Source: Podospora anserina (lineage: Eukaryota). Taken from it: DNA of 64,000 nucleotides. Positions 34,614 to 47,095 of this stretch are shown piece after piece. The stretch spans positions 3,472,001-3,536,000 of the forward strand of contig CM030333.1 in assembly GCA_017654855.1 (NCBI GenBank). Reading direction: 5' to 3'. A program made the position numbers and the translations under genes. The notes under the pieces were generated by a model, which had not been told where the DNA came from, ran no database searches, and worked only from the letters and a program-made list of their open reading frames with translations. Position 1 is the first letter of the stretch. Each line of letters starts with the position of its first letter.

Positions 34614-36765
34614 GGCGTGGTTCTTGCCAGCCTCTACAGGCAATTCCAAACTGGGAAGAAATTCACCCATTGGGGTTGAAAGGGGAGATGGATGGCGGGC
34701 AGCTGTGTGCTCTGACAATAATAAGGAGGGGCGGGAGCTCCTGGGTGGCTTCGGCGGATGCTCGGAGAAGGAGAACCGCTACACAAAAGATCGGATGAAA
34801 GTGGCTGCTCGGTGCGCTGGAGGGTTCGATCCCTGCTGGGAATGCTAGGAATGTATTCGAGAAGCGGATGGTTCCTGACTCGATGTTTGTTGGCCCAGTT
34901 ACTCGACTACGAGCTCCTTTTCAATGTTGCTTCTAGCAAGAATTTCCCGTGGTCAAGGTGCACTGTTTCATTCCAGCGGCGACTAGTCAACCCCACCTTT
35001 TACGTAGGTGACGTGGGGTACAAGCAAACCTCCTTCCCGCGATCGCAACGCCTGTCAGAATGTGGGGTTTCTATCACTCTGGGCGCCTCGGTGAGACAGC
35101 CAACCACATCGGCAGTTAGTTTAGGTGCGAGGAGGCATAGTGATTGGTGAAGGTCTGTCATGTGGTCGTGTACCCGGATCTGAATTACACGTCCCCCACT
35201 TCCAATTATCGATCGGATGAGAACGTGCTCTAATATTTACCATTGAGAATCCCCAGGAGGGCCCAGGAGGACTGTATTGAAGCTGACTATGGGATATATA
35301 CGTGGGGGGGCCTAGGGAGAACATGGCATTGCGGCTTTACCCGCTAATGGTCTGACATGTGCTTCGATGCCGAGTCTTGGTTGAGACATTGTACGTGTCA
35401 AGTTGAATTCTTTGAAAACCTATACCTGTATCAGCAATAAAAGCGTTAGCTCAACAGCCTGGCAGAGCCTGCGGGATGACAGCATGTGGTGTTCAGATAT
35501 TCAGGAATTGCCATGGTATCGTCACCCTAAACACACGGCACTGCTGAACCTCTATCTACGATGTAAATAGAGGCTCGACCGTTGTTGAGTAGGTTTACCG
35601 GATTGTTTAATTGTCATCAGGTTAAAAAAAATGGACAGAAAAGCCAGACACGTAGGGCAATCGACGTACCAATTGAAAGTCGAGAGCGAGCGTGTGTAAT
35701 ATATATATATATATTAGAGAATCCAAGGTTATCAAATCTGGTCTACGTGGCAGCAAGTAAAAAGACAAGTGGGAAAGAGAATGTCTAGTGCTTCAGGTCA
35801 TCACCGCATCATGGAACCGCGCAATTAAGGGGCACTCGTGACGATGGTTTTAAACAAGGGCTTCGTAGAGTTAATCTCGACTCGGCAACTGAGATCGCCA
35901 ACAGCATGGGGTGCGTGGTGATGTTGGTGATGTATTCACAGTTGATGGTCTTTGTGGAAGAGAAGAAAAGAGAATGTTAAAATTGGCGGCGCGAAATTTT
36001 TCTTTGTACGAGACTCGACTGGCGAGGTTCTGGTGGGGTTCTTTGTGCCGGCTGTCACCGCCCGTAACGTTCTGGTGGTCGGCCTGGTTTTGGTGCTCCC
36101 GGCACGGTGGCAGTGGTGGTGGGCTGCTTTTGCCGGCCAGTCATGTTTTTTTGGCACTAAAATGTGGTGGAGACGTCGCGAAGACCCGCCACAGTGCACT
36201 GCCTGTTGCTTTGGGGGCCCTCTCAAGATTTGTTCTTTTCCACCATTGTTCGAGAACTGAGAAAACGGCTTCTGACATCCCACCACGCTTCCCTGATGCT
36301 CTAAAACCCTGCCGCCCAACCTTCCACCTTCACGCATACCTTAATAATAGGATATTCTCGTGAGAACATCGCCCAGACATCCATCCCGCCACTGACGCCA
36401 ACTGCCACCTACTACCACCATCAAACCGCACCACTACCTCCAAAGGTCCTCGAGACGAAACAGCCGCCCGCCGTGTTAATCCTCCTCAACCCACACCTGA
36501 CATCACCCACCTCCCTTTCCGCTCGCCTTCCCGTTCGAATAATTCATCACTGTGAGCGTCACTGCGCATTAATCTGAGCACTTGCACTGCAACATTTTGT
36601 GCTCTCGGGGCTTCCAATAGTCGCCCTTCGTGTCTGTTGCACCACAGGCCGAACTACACCAGAGGTTGCTGTCGATCATTGAAGGGCGTGGCTGGTGCTT
36701 GCTCGCAAGCTGTAGACACTCTTTAGACACCCCCTTTTCCCCTAGTACCGGTTTCCATCTTCTCC

Positions 36766-37978
36766 ATGGAGAACATATGGAGTCGCCGCCCCGGGTGAGT
36801 ATTTTTTTTTTCTTCCATCGTCTTCACTTTGTCCAAGCTGTTCGGCGGGGTCAACCGGAGCTGTCGTGCTAACGTTTTTGGATCACAAGTTCGAGCAAGC
36901 TCTCCCTCTCTACTTCCGGCTCCGGTCAGGGCGACAGCCCCTCTGGACGCAACAACTCTTTCAGGCGAATCGGCGGTGATAGCTCTTCGCTCCAGAAAAC
37001 CAACCCCTTCAGTTCCATAACCACGCCGGGAGGCGGCTTGGCGTCACCTACAGGCGGCGCATCGAATGCCTTCGGCCTAGGATCTGGCGCCTTTGCCTCT
37101 TTTGGTTCGGCGAAGACCCCTAAGGCGACTGGAAATCCTTTCGAGTCGTCTTTGGGCGCTGCTGTCAAGACACCCGGTGCGGAGAAATCTGCAAAGGAGG
37201 GTGGCTTGGCTGGCAAGTCTGTCGGCCGGGTGGCATCCAACGCCTCCCTGCTTGACTCTGCCAGGACGTCAGGAGCGTCAGTCCACCGGCTGCGTGACAG
37301 CTGGGTGTTCTGGTTTCGCCCGCCCATCTCCAAGGCGAACGGGTTTATCGAGTATGAGAACACTCTGCACCCAATCGCCTCGGTTGATACAGCCGAGAAC
37401 TTCTTCGGCGTGTACGGGCACTTGAAGCGGCCGTCAACACTGCCGCTGGTATCGGACTACCACCTCTTCAAGAAGGGAATCCGGCCAATATGGGAGGACC
37501 AGGAGAACAAGGCGGGTGGCAAGTGGGTGGTGCGCCTCAAGAAGGGCGTTGCGGACCGCTATTGGGAGGACCTGCTGTTTGCCATTATTGGCGACCAGTT
37601 CGGCGAGGCCAGTGAGGAGGTTTGCGGTATTGTGGTGAGCATCCGTAACGGGGAGGACATCCTCAGCATCTGGACTCGTTCGAGTGGACAGCGGGTCCTG
37701 AAGCTCCGGTAAGTTTATATTTCTTGACAAGCTACACTGTTGCATCCTACTTATTCTGTCGTCACAGCGAAACTATGCGCCGAGTCCTGTCGATGCCAAA
37801 TGACACCAAAATCGAGTTCAAGAGCCACGACACCAGCATCCAGCAGCGCACTGCTATTGAAGAGTCCCGGCGGGAGAAGGCGGCGAACAATCACCACGGT
37901 GACAAGCGCAACAACAAGCAGCAACATTATCAGCAGCAGTTGCAGCAGTCGAATGACGAACAGCAGAAGAACTTATAA
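36766..37978 (+). CDS. eIF4E-family cap-binding protein, class II (4EHP)-like; introns 36795-36889 and 37709-37767
   Basis: HRLRDSWVFWF, DYHLFKKGIRPIWEDQENKAGGKW, YWEDLLFAIIG, LSIW. Both introns restore the frame (MENIWSRRPG-SSKLSL; LKLR-ETMRR). Confidence 0.9.
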
Positions 37979-38852
37979 GTACAGCCCTTTTGCAACCTTA
38001 TGTAGCGAAGCGAGCGCGGCCTCGGGTCCCATCCTAGCGTATTATGATGGCCTACCGAAGAGAAATCCCAAAAGAATTCCGTCCGTGGACAAAAAAGCTT
38101 TCCAGGCATTGTTGTGTGTGTGTTTTCTCTTTCTCTTTCTCTCTTTACCATCTCTATGTCCTGTGTGTAACAACATATTTCCGGTTTTGTCTTTTTCATC
38201 GAGCAAGCATTGTTTTTGGACAGTCATTTTTCTCAACTCGCCGTTTTCTCCTTCTGTTTGGACTTGTAGCAGTAGCAGGCAGGGATGATTGGTGTGGGCG
38301 GTGTAAGCTGTGATTTTCTACCTGGTGTGTGGGAGGAAACGGCCAGGGCGAAAAAGGGAGAGCGGGTGGGTGGTGAATGCTGTGGGTTCAATGGTTGAAA
38401 TGCGCGAAATGACTTTTGGGATATTTAGGAAGGGGGCGGGGAAATTGTCGGGAAATGAATGGATTGGGTTCATCATGCTTCGAGGGATCAAGGCGTGCAG
38501 CGCGTGATTTAGCGATTTTTGCAAAAGCAGGAAAAGAAATATTTTGAAGTATGGGCTTCGTCATGTATGTTGCTGCTAGTGTTATTGCTGACAGGAAATA
38601 TATGCTGTTGTCTTATCAGTAAGTGTCGGGTACATCAACCGCCGATGATAACCGTCAGGTACTAGTTCTCATCCACATGTTAAAGTGTTTGGGAGTTGAA
38701 TTTCTCTATGCAATTTTTATGTGCTACATTTCCCATGTTTGCTGCTTTTTCCTAGCTTTTTAACTGCTTCCGTACTGTAATCTGGTATCATCAATCATCT
38801 TCTACACCGTACCATTCAACCCCAACCTCTCCATCCCCCTCATCACTCCTAG

Positions 38853-40496
38853 TCACGCCATCCTCCCCTTCCCCTTCCCATTACTCCCCCCCTGCACCTT
38901 AGGCCTATCCCTCCTCTCCCAAACCTGCAGATACGTCTCCCCCAGATAAAGCAGCTCCTCCCTAATCTTCTCCACAAACAAATCCTGCGCCACCACCCAC
39001 TCTCCCTCCCGGCTCTTATCCCTCAGCTGCACCTTCCACGTCTTTTTTTCCTCCCCCACCGCGCTATCCGCCACATCCTCCTTCTGCCTCACCGCCTCGT
39101 GCACCACATTCGCGACCAAATCATACCATATCGGCTCCCCCGGCTGGCAGTGACTAGGATCAGGCTCAACATACGGCCCGACATCCAAATTCCTCGCGTC
39201 AAACGTCACAATCGTTGGGTTGCGCTCAGAGACAAACTTGTTTTTGGAAAAGCGCTTCACATGAAAAACGAGGAACGGCGGGAGGGGGTGCATTAGTCTG
39301 TATCGCTTCCGCTGGGCGTTGAGTTCCTGGGCTTTCACGCCGTTGTATTTCGCCAGGAGTAAAGACAGTGGGACTTGAGGAATAATGTTGGCTTCTTGTT
39401 CGTCCTGAAACAAAGGCGCGGGAGGGAGGTCCAAGGTGAGGAGTAAGAACCGAGAGATGTCCGTTTGGACTTGGGCAGACTCTTCAAACCGTAACCTGTC
39501 ACTCGCGTCGGCTTTGGCGGTGATGGCTTGGGATTCTACTTTTAGCTTTCCCTGAAGGATGTGCTGGATGGGGGAGGAATGAGGTTTTCTCTTTGAGCCG
39601 CCTAGGCCGAGGTGGAGGTTGTTGAGATACCATGATAGGAATTCCACCGGGTCGGATTGGGCCGTGAGGGTGAAGCGTTTGTTGGAGCGGAGGGAGATTT
39701 CTTGAAGGAGCTCGTGGGGGGAGACGTGGGATTTGAAGGCGCGTGGGTTCCAGATTTTGCGGAAGAGGATTGAGGTCCGTTTGACGAGCTCGTCGCGCTT
39801 GGAGAGGTCTTCTAGAAGGAAATAATTCCGTAGCGGGGAGACGTGGGAGAGGGATTGGACTATGACGTTGAGGTAGTCGTTTTCTTTGATGTTGTTCATT
39901 CCTACGAAACCGGGGGTGTATTCTTTCCCGAGGAGGGTTCGGGAGGTGCGAGGTTTGCGATCGAACTCGGCGACTTCTTGTCGGGTGTAGCGCGGATCGG
40001 AGACGTATTTGATGTCGTCGAGGGACTTGCTCATGACTTCGTATCCTTCGGGTAACACGTACACCTTTTGGGTGCTCATGTTGATGTAGACGTGGTGGTC
40101 CTCGTCGAGCGCGTGGAAATAGGCGTGTGACTTTGGGCCACGGCCTTGGAAGTATTTCCCGCATACTAAGCATGCGTATACGTTGATATTGGACAAGCTG
40201 ATGGAACAGAGCTTTTCGAAATCAAAGTCGAGGACGTTGCGATCGATGGTGTCGAGGTACAAGTCGTCGTAGCCTGCTGTCGGTGCAGCTTGTCTGATGG
40301 GCGCCTTTTCCTCCACTTCATCGTCAAAATCATCGCCTTCCTCCTCGTCTTCTATCCGTTGCAGTCCGTTCGTGTGGTTATCATCTCCGTTTGCGCTGGG
40401 GGTTAGGCTCTTGGTGTAGTCGTCGAATCTGGACTTCTTGGAGGCTGGTGAGCCTACTAGCTCCTCGAGAGCTTCTGACGCCTGACGCTTCGACAT
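38853..40496 (-). CDS. SAD1: U4/U6.U5 tri-snRNP-associated protein Sad1/USP39 (ZnF-UBP plus inactive USP domain)
   Basis: YLDTIDRNVLDFDFEKLCSISLSNINVYACLVCGKYFQGRG, GMNNIKENDY, HVSPHELLQ, ERNPTIV. Confidence 0.96.
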   Translation of the reverse strand: MSKRQASEALEELVGSPASKKSRFDDYTKSLTPSANGDDNHTNGLQRIEDEEEGDDFDDEVEEKAPIRQAAPTAGYDDLYLDTIDRNVLDFDFEKLCSISLSNINVYACLVCGKYFQGRGPKSHAYFHALDEDHHVYINMSTQKVYVLPEGYEVMSKSLDDIKYVSDPRYTRQEVAEFDRKPRTSRTLLGKEYTPGFVGMNNIKENDYLNVIVQSLSHVSPLRNYFLLEDLSKRDELVKRTSILFRKIWNPRAFKSHVSPHELLQEISLRSNKRFTLTAQSDPVEFLSWYLNNLHLGLGGSKRKPHSSPIQHILQGKLKVESQAITAKADASDRLRFEESAQVQTDISRFLLLTLDLPPAPLFQDEQEANIIPQVPLSLLLAKYNGVKAQELNAQRKRYRLMHPLPPFLVFHVKRFSKNKFVSERNPTIVTFDARNLDVGPYVEPDPSHCQPGEPIWYDLVANVVHEAVRQKEDVADSAVGEEKKTWKVQLRDKSREGEWVVAQDLFVEKIREELLYLGETYLQVWERRDRPKVQGGSNGKGKGRMA

Positions 40497-40827
40497 CTCT
40501 GTATGTTTGGTGTATTTATGCGACTTGGATGATGGTGCATGCCGTCGGCCGAACGCGAAATGCGCTTGTTGAGGCGTTGATGGACGTTGTCGTGCTTTTT
40601 CCCCAAGAGGACCGCGAAGTTGAGCATGGGCCTCAGGTCAATCAATTCAATCGTCGGAGCAGCCCCACCAAAGCTTTGGCCGCCACACAACCTTGGCACG
40701 GCCTTCGTGTGACGCTTGCCCAAATAGGCAGTTTGTGGACTAAATTTCGTGCGCGTCTCACACCAGAGAGGAGGTTGATGGCCAGGGGATACAATGTAGG
40801 TATACTATGGTGGAAACTACTACGCTA

Positions 40828-43581
40828 TCAGTCCTTGATCCCAACCTCCAACATCTCGGCCAGCAGATCCCACTTCACGGCTGCCTGTTCCTTGCTGGCC
40901 CTCGCCACGCCCCTGAGCCCCCCAGCAACGAACCTCAGGTGTCTCTCAAAATCACCTTGATACTCCTTCAACAAGAGATGGTGCGGTTTCCCCTCGTTAA
41001 CCTTTGCGCTCTGTTTGATTTTCCACTCCAGACCTTGGTTTTCCTTGTCCGAGTCTTCGTCTTCGTCATTTCTTCTCTTTGGTTTCGGTGTTGCTGCCGC
41101 ACATTTGGCCTTGGCTTTCACTGGTGAGGTGTAAGGAGAAGAGATCACCGATAACCTTGTAATCTCATGTTCCTCCTTCTCCAGCCTCGCCATTTCTACT
41201 TTCTGCGCGTCCGCAACCTTGATAGCCAGATCGAAAATGTCCAGCATGCAGTCCCGAATAGGCTGCAATTTGGCGCCATGGCATGCTTCATGGATGATTC
41301 TGTTCACAAAGGTGGCATGGGCTTTGATCATGTCGTCCACATCCCCCGCATCTCCCAAGTTAGCTCTTAGTTTTGCTGTGTTAGGAGCCAGCACGAGTGT
41401 CGTCAAGTAGGTAAGGATGGCGTCGCAGAACCAGAGGAGTTTCGTTCGCAGCATGTAGTATTGCCCCATTGGACCCGTCGCAGCGAGGCTTCCTCGGGGG
41501 TGGAAATTCTTGACTGGATGCTTCAAGACATGTATCGCTCTGCGGACCTGCAGCAAAAAGGTGAATATCGTCTGATATCCCTGTATTGACTCCTCTGTGA
41601 CTACAACCTGCACTGGCCAGTTCAGACGACACCCAAGACGGATAGCAGGGAGGTTGACTCGAACAGAGCTCCGGCCAGCAATGGCACTGTGAACAACGGT
41701 ACGAGGATCGATTTCGGCAAAGATGCGATAGTTGTCGATAGATGCCGAGAAAGCCTCCTGAGCAATCTCGGTCAACGTAAAACGATCTTTCCAGCTGCTG
41801 CTAAAGTTGTCGAGGTGTCTGAAGACAGCCGAGGCCAAGGCGTCGGATTTGGAGCCGTCCGACATGAGGTATACTTCTTCAAGCATGTCTAGACTCTGGA
41901 GCAGTCCATAAGAGTTGTAGAGTAGCTCTTGAAGAGTGGCCGCTGCAGTGTGGTGCTTGCTCTGGATCCAAGCATCAAAGGCGGCGCTGAAGAGCTCCGA
42001 AAAGGGGGCGAACTCCAGGTGGTCTGGGCAAACAGTAGCAAAGTCCATCCTGGGTTCGTCTGTTGCTCGGTATTTGCTGGCGGCCGCATGTCGCTTCATG
42101 TTTTTCAACACCACAATACTTTTGCCCGCAGTGAATATTCTGTGGATAGCAGGTTTGAGAAAACGCGGTGCGTGCAGGTGGCCTTCTGGGGAGCGCAGCA
42201 AGTTGAACTGTCCCTTCCAAATATGAGGCAACGGAAGCTTGGTAGAGGACTCCGACACAAAGAATGTTCGGTCCCCGGCCAGAAGTCTTCCTTCTTCCAT
42301 CCACAGGCGAATTGGCTTGAGATAGACCTGAAAACAGTCGAGAAATAAACCACCTAAAAGATGGTAGGTGTCCCGGTGCGCTTGGAGCTGAGCCATCCCC
42401 GCCGCATCGTATAGTAGCTCAAGATATCTGAAGCCATGAGTGTTTCTTTCCTCCTGAAGCTGGCGGATGATATCCGAGAGCGCATAGAGTGGTTTCAGAA
42501 TCGGCTGCACTTCGGTCAAGATGCCCACCAAGCTCACCACCACATCCTCCTTAATCGCAACATATCTGCCTTGAATTCTCGCCAACTTACCGTCGAGCGA
42601 GGTCAGGGCCTTTTGTAGAGAACTCTCAAAGACCTGCAAGAGAGGCGACTGTGCTTTCCTTTTGGAAAAGGCTCGTAAAGGTGCGAGCTTACGACCGCAC
42701 TCAGCAAAGGAGTTAAAGAGAGCGGTTGATGCTTCCGTTGAAATCCCCTGGAGCTGGTAGAGCGGACTTGGGCTACAGTCTGCATCGAAAAAGGTTGTCG
42801 GTAAGCCACTAAGCATAAACAACACCTCTCGGAGCAACTGCAATGTTGATATGGTCACTTTTTCAGGCTGTTCTCCTCCATTTTTTGTTGAAGCGTCTCG
42901 CCATGACAGTGCTTCCCTGACTTGTTGCAGCAGCTCTTCTCCTTGGGGTTTGAACGCACTGTCCAATGCTGTGCGTGGTGCTCTGTCGTCTACCGAGGAA
43001 GCTGATGTGAGTGATTCAACGGAAGCGACCGTTCTGAGGTCGGCGACGTCTTCGTCGTCACTTGAATCTGGGGCGTGGCGGTTGAAGAGCCAAATGTCTC
43101 GTTCCTGTACCCAACCATCTTCTCTAGCAATGTCTTTCCATGTTAACTTTGGTGGGGGTATTTCCTCGGGTTCAATGAGCGCGTCAAGCGCAGTGAGGTC
43201 AGTCTTTTGAGCCGGCTGGTCGGCGAGCTCGAGGAGAAAGTGGAAGACATCAGGCGTAAATTTGTTGTGGTGCGGTTCCAGTGCCTCGAGTCGCTTACGA
43301 AAAGCATCTGCAAGTGCATCCCTTCCAACGACACGGAAACGTTCCTCCAGGCCCTTGAGTCTGTCTTCGACCTCAAACTGATTGGTCCTAAGATAGGTAT
43401 GGTTGCGAAGAAGACGGAGAACAGCCTCCCGAAAAATATCTCGGGTCTCTTGATCAGACTTATGTCGTGTTAGTCAAACTGAGGATCACAGCCAAGCCTT
43501 GGTGGAACTTACTTCGGGAATCCCAACGATGGCGTCCACCAGTTCATCGGTCGAGGCACCCAGTTGCGCGAGAAAAGCCAT
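40828..43581 (-). CDS. Gamma-tubulin complex component, GCP5-like (Spc97/Spc98 family); intron 43459-43512
   Basis: Exon 1 is MAFLAQLGASTDELVDAIVGIPE, followed by a GTAAGT..CTAAC..AAG intron. Exon 2 has RTNQFEVEDRLKGLEERF, LLREVLFMLSG and YQTIFTFLLQVRRA, in frame with ORF 40828-42966. Confidence 0.88.
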
Positions 43582-44337
43582 GCTGATCTGGTCTCCCTAA
43601 GCGGAGCATTCTGCCAACACGGATTTCAGAAACCCAGATGCCGCCTCAAGGTCAAGGGGTGGATGCAGGCTCTCCGCTGGTTCACTGCCCGGGGATGTTT
43701 GTTGTTTTAAGCTTTCTTGGGTGGGACGCGAAACGGGAGACCACTTTACGCGGTACCCTAGTTACATGCTGAAGTGGTTTGGGAATAACCGACACGAGAT
43801 GCTGCAACACCATACCTTGTGTTCCAAGTCCACACGAGGTAACGTAATGGAAAAGAGACCAGAGGCTCTCCAATGCGAGGCTTATGATGTTTATATCTTT
43901 TTCGACACAAAAGAGAGTTAAGAATTGTCAACTGGTCAAGTCTTCCAGAAGACTTGAAGAACCCTACGCACGGGCCACGAAGATAAGAGCTGATCGTCCC
44001 TTATCGCTGACATCAAACCGCCTGCCGCCCCTTTTCGTGAATTTTTCGGCCCGCATCTGGTTCCACTGCGCTGGGCGCTGCTTTAATTGCCATCCACCCA
44101 GTCCAACGTGCCGAAGGGACCAGCCAACGGCTGATTTGAACGACGCAGTTTGGGTTTGGCGTCGCAACCATCAACCAACAAAAGACACACGCGACCGACG
44201 CTTCAAACACGCCGTCACGACCATTTTGACCTTTCTAACACCGAAATTACATCACAGGCTCCAAGGCCGTATTCGCCGGCAGTTGACACCGATACGAGAA
44301 CCCCACGACATACCGACCCCTCGGCGGATTCGCAAGG

Positions 44338-45640
44338 ATGGCCATTGCTCGCCCCGTAAGGGTCCTGGGCTTTGCGGCCGTGGTGATGTGGTTCTTCTTC
44401 ATCTGGCAGGTCCTGAAGCCGACATCACCACCAAAACACAAGGTCAAAGAGATCATCAAGTCATTCGAACGAGATCCAAACCTAGACCGTACGCCAACCC
44501 CGTTTTCGATACACCATGGCATCGCGCGCTGACACTGCTATTAAACAGCAACGGGAGAGCCAGAAGGCATTTTAGTTCACGCATCCGAGGAATATGCACC
44601 CGGCCCCGCGGGCACCGCCCGAATCAATGCCACCCTACTTGCCCTCGTACGAAATGAGGAGCTCAACGACATGCTCTCCTCCATGCGCGACCTCGAAAGA
44701 ACATGGAACCACAAGTTCAACTACCCCTGGACCTTCTTCAACGATGTCCCTTTCACCGAAGAATTCAAGAAGAAGACGCAAGCTCTTACCAAAGCAGAAT
44801 GCCGCTACGAACTCATCCCGAAGGAACACTGGGCTGTCCCCGAATGGATCAACATGGACCTCTACAAGGAATCCACCCAGATTCTCAAGGACAAGAAGGT
44901 CCAATACGCCGACATGATTTCCTACCACCAAATGTGCCGCTGGAACAGTGGCCTCTTCTATCACCACCCTGCTTTGGCCAATACGCAGTACTACTGGCGC
45001 GTGGAGCCCAAGGTTCACTTCTTCTGTGATGTCGACTATGACGTCTTCCGCTACATGCAGGACAACAACAAGACCTACGGCTTCACCATCAATCTCTATG
45101 ATTCTCCCGACTCGATCCCTACTCTGTGGCCCGAGACCCTGAAATTCATTGCCGAGCACCCCGAGTATGTTCACGAGAACAACGCCATGGACTGGCTGAC
45201 GGATAAGGTCCGCCGGCCAGACCATAACAAGAAGGCTAATGGATACTCGACTTGCCACTTCTGGTCGAACTTTGAGATTGCCGACATGAGCTTCTGGAGG
45301 AGCAAGGCGTATGAGGATTACTTCAACCACCTGGACCGGACTGGGAATTTCTTCTACGAGAGATGGGGTGATGCGCCGGTGCATAGCATTGGACTGGGAT
45401 TGTTTGAGGATAAGAGCAGGATCCACTGGTATGTTGTCACTCTAATGACTTTTGTGGGATATACGCTGACGAGTGACCGACAGGTTCCGCGATATCGGAT
45501 ACCAACATATCCCCTTCTTCAACTGCCCCAACTCGCCCAAGTGCAAGGGCTGTGTGACGGGTCGCTTCACGGACGGAGAGTCGTTCTTGTATAGAGAGGA
45601 CTGCCGACCAAACTGGTTCAAGTTTGTCAGTCAAGGGTAA
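44338..45640 (+). CDS. KRE2/KTR-family (GT15) alpha-1,2-mannosyltransferase; introns 44489-44548 and 45429-45483
   Basis: Type II TM anchor, NATLLALVRNEE, SYHQMCRWNSG, YYWRVEP, CHFWSNFEI, FFYERWGDAPVHS, WFRDIGYQH. Confidence 0.94.
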
Positions 45641-46055
45641 TGAGCTTGACGCCAACGTGGCTGCACTGTATACATTTTGATCATCGAGATCCTTGGCTTC
45701 TCTGGACGGGGGTTTTATTTTGGATTATGACTATAATCATGCACTCACACGCCACACAGGGGAAGGCATTTGGGAAAGACTGAGCGACAAAACAGGTGTC
45801 TGGCGCAAGCGGGGATTTTGACTGGTTTATTGGCTATTCTAATGACGCTGTTACATATACATACTACGAAAAAGGGGGGTAACGTTAGGGGTGGAAGGGA
45901 GGCTACACGGTTTGGTGTAGAGGGCAACAAAGAATTATGCAAGAAGTAAATGCATACAGCATGTTGTGTGAGAGAGGGGCTTCACTGTTCATGTTTTACT
46001 AGGTTAAATAGAAGAAAAGAAGATGCGACAACCAAACCTGGCTAATGACGTCTCT

Positions 46056-47095
46056 CTAGAGCTCGCCATACACGTTGACCACCCCACTGGTACCCCCAAC
46101 ACAGAATTGGTTCCCAAAACCCCCTTCCTTCCACGCGATACAACTAACCACATTCTTCCTCGCCTTTTCTTTCCCATCTCTCCCGATAGTAACCTTTTTG
46201 TTACTGGCATCACCACCCCAAGGCACCGGCACCGTGGCGACCAGCTTTCCAGTGAGCAAATCCCACGCCCAAATCTTGCCCTCCTCCTGACTGGTTGTTC
46301 CCGTCACCCCCGCCGCCTCGGAAGTGAGCTCATCCCCCACAACAACATACCTCTCCTTTCCACCAAGACAACTCTGCACTCTTAATTCAGTGTTTTTCCA
46401 ACCCGGGTGCTCGTACGTCTTTAAGCAAGTCCCATCCCGGCGATCAAACAGCCGCATCTTGCTGTCCAACCCCCCCACCAGCACCGTTTTTCCATCTTTA
46501 GACAAACTCAAGCTCGTGACCGGCGTGCCAATGACATCTGTGGTACACCGTCCCATACGAATGTCGTAACTCCTCACTCTGCCGTCTACACTCCCGGTTA
46601 TGACCTCTGGGTTCCCATTTTGGGGGACAGCAAGAGAAGTGATCGCGTCTTTGGCGTCGCTCAGTACTTGGACAGGTTTGTTGCTGTTGGATTTGACGTC
46701 CCAGATTCGGACGGTTGTGTCGTGGCCGCCGGATATGACGAGGCTGTCGTCGTGGCCGGAGAAGAGGACTGCGTTTACGCGGCCGGTGTGGGAGTGGGCT
46801 GTGGAGGCTGAGCCGAGGCGGCGGAGGGGGAGGGCGGTGGTTACGTCCCAGAGGAAGACGGTGCGGTCGCCGCCGGAGGAGGCGAAGCGGTCGTTGAGGG
46901 AGGAGACGCTTAAGGAGAGGACTTCGTAGGTGTGGGCGCCGGTGTAGGTTTGGATGAGGCGGCCGGTGGGGGGTGAGTTGGGGAGGGGGGAGGGGGTGGT
47001 GGAGGTGGGGTTGTAGAGGCGGATGGAGCGGTCGGAGGAGCCGGTTAGGATGTAGGTTGAGGGGGGGGAGGAGTAGGTTAGGGCGTGGATGGGGC
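46056..47095 (-). CDS. WD40 protein WDR83/MORG1-like; main exon only, first exon not located
   Basis: After CTAAC..CAG the frame is open: GPIHALTYSS..TYILTGSSDRSIRLYNP, HTYEVLSL, FASSGGDRTVFLWDV, GSVDGRVRSYDIRMG. Confidence 0.82.

Noticed and set aside
31169-34679. Long plus-strand ORFs 31169-32269 and 33612-34679
   Set aside because: Antisense to YJU2 and MET12, caused by codon bias; no motifs.
31130-47095. Three spliceosome-related genes (YJU2, SAD1, WDR83) within 16 kb as a functional cluster
   Set aside because: Interspersed with unrelated housekeeping genes and no shared motif seen; chance is sufficient.
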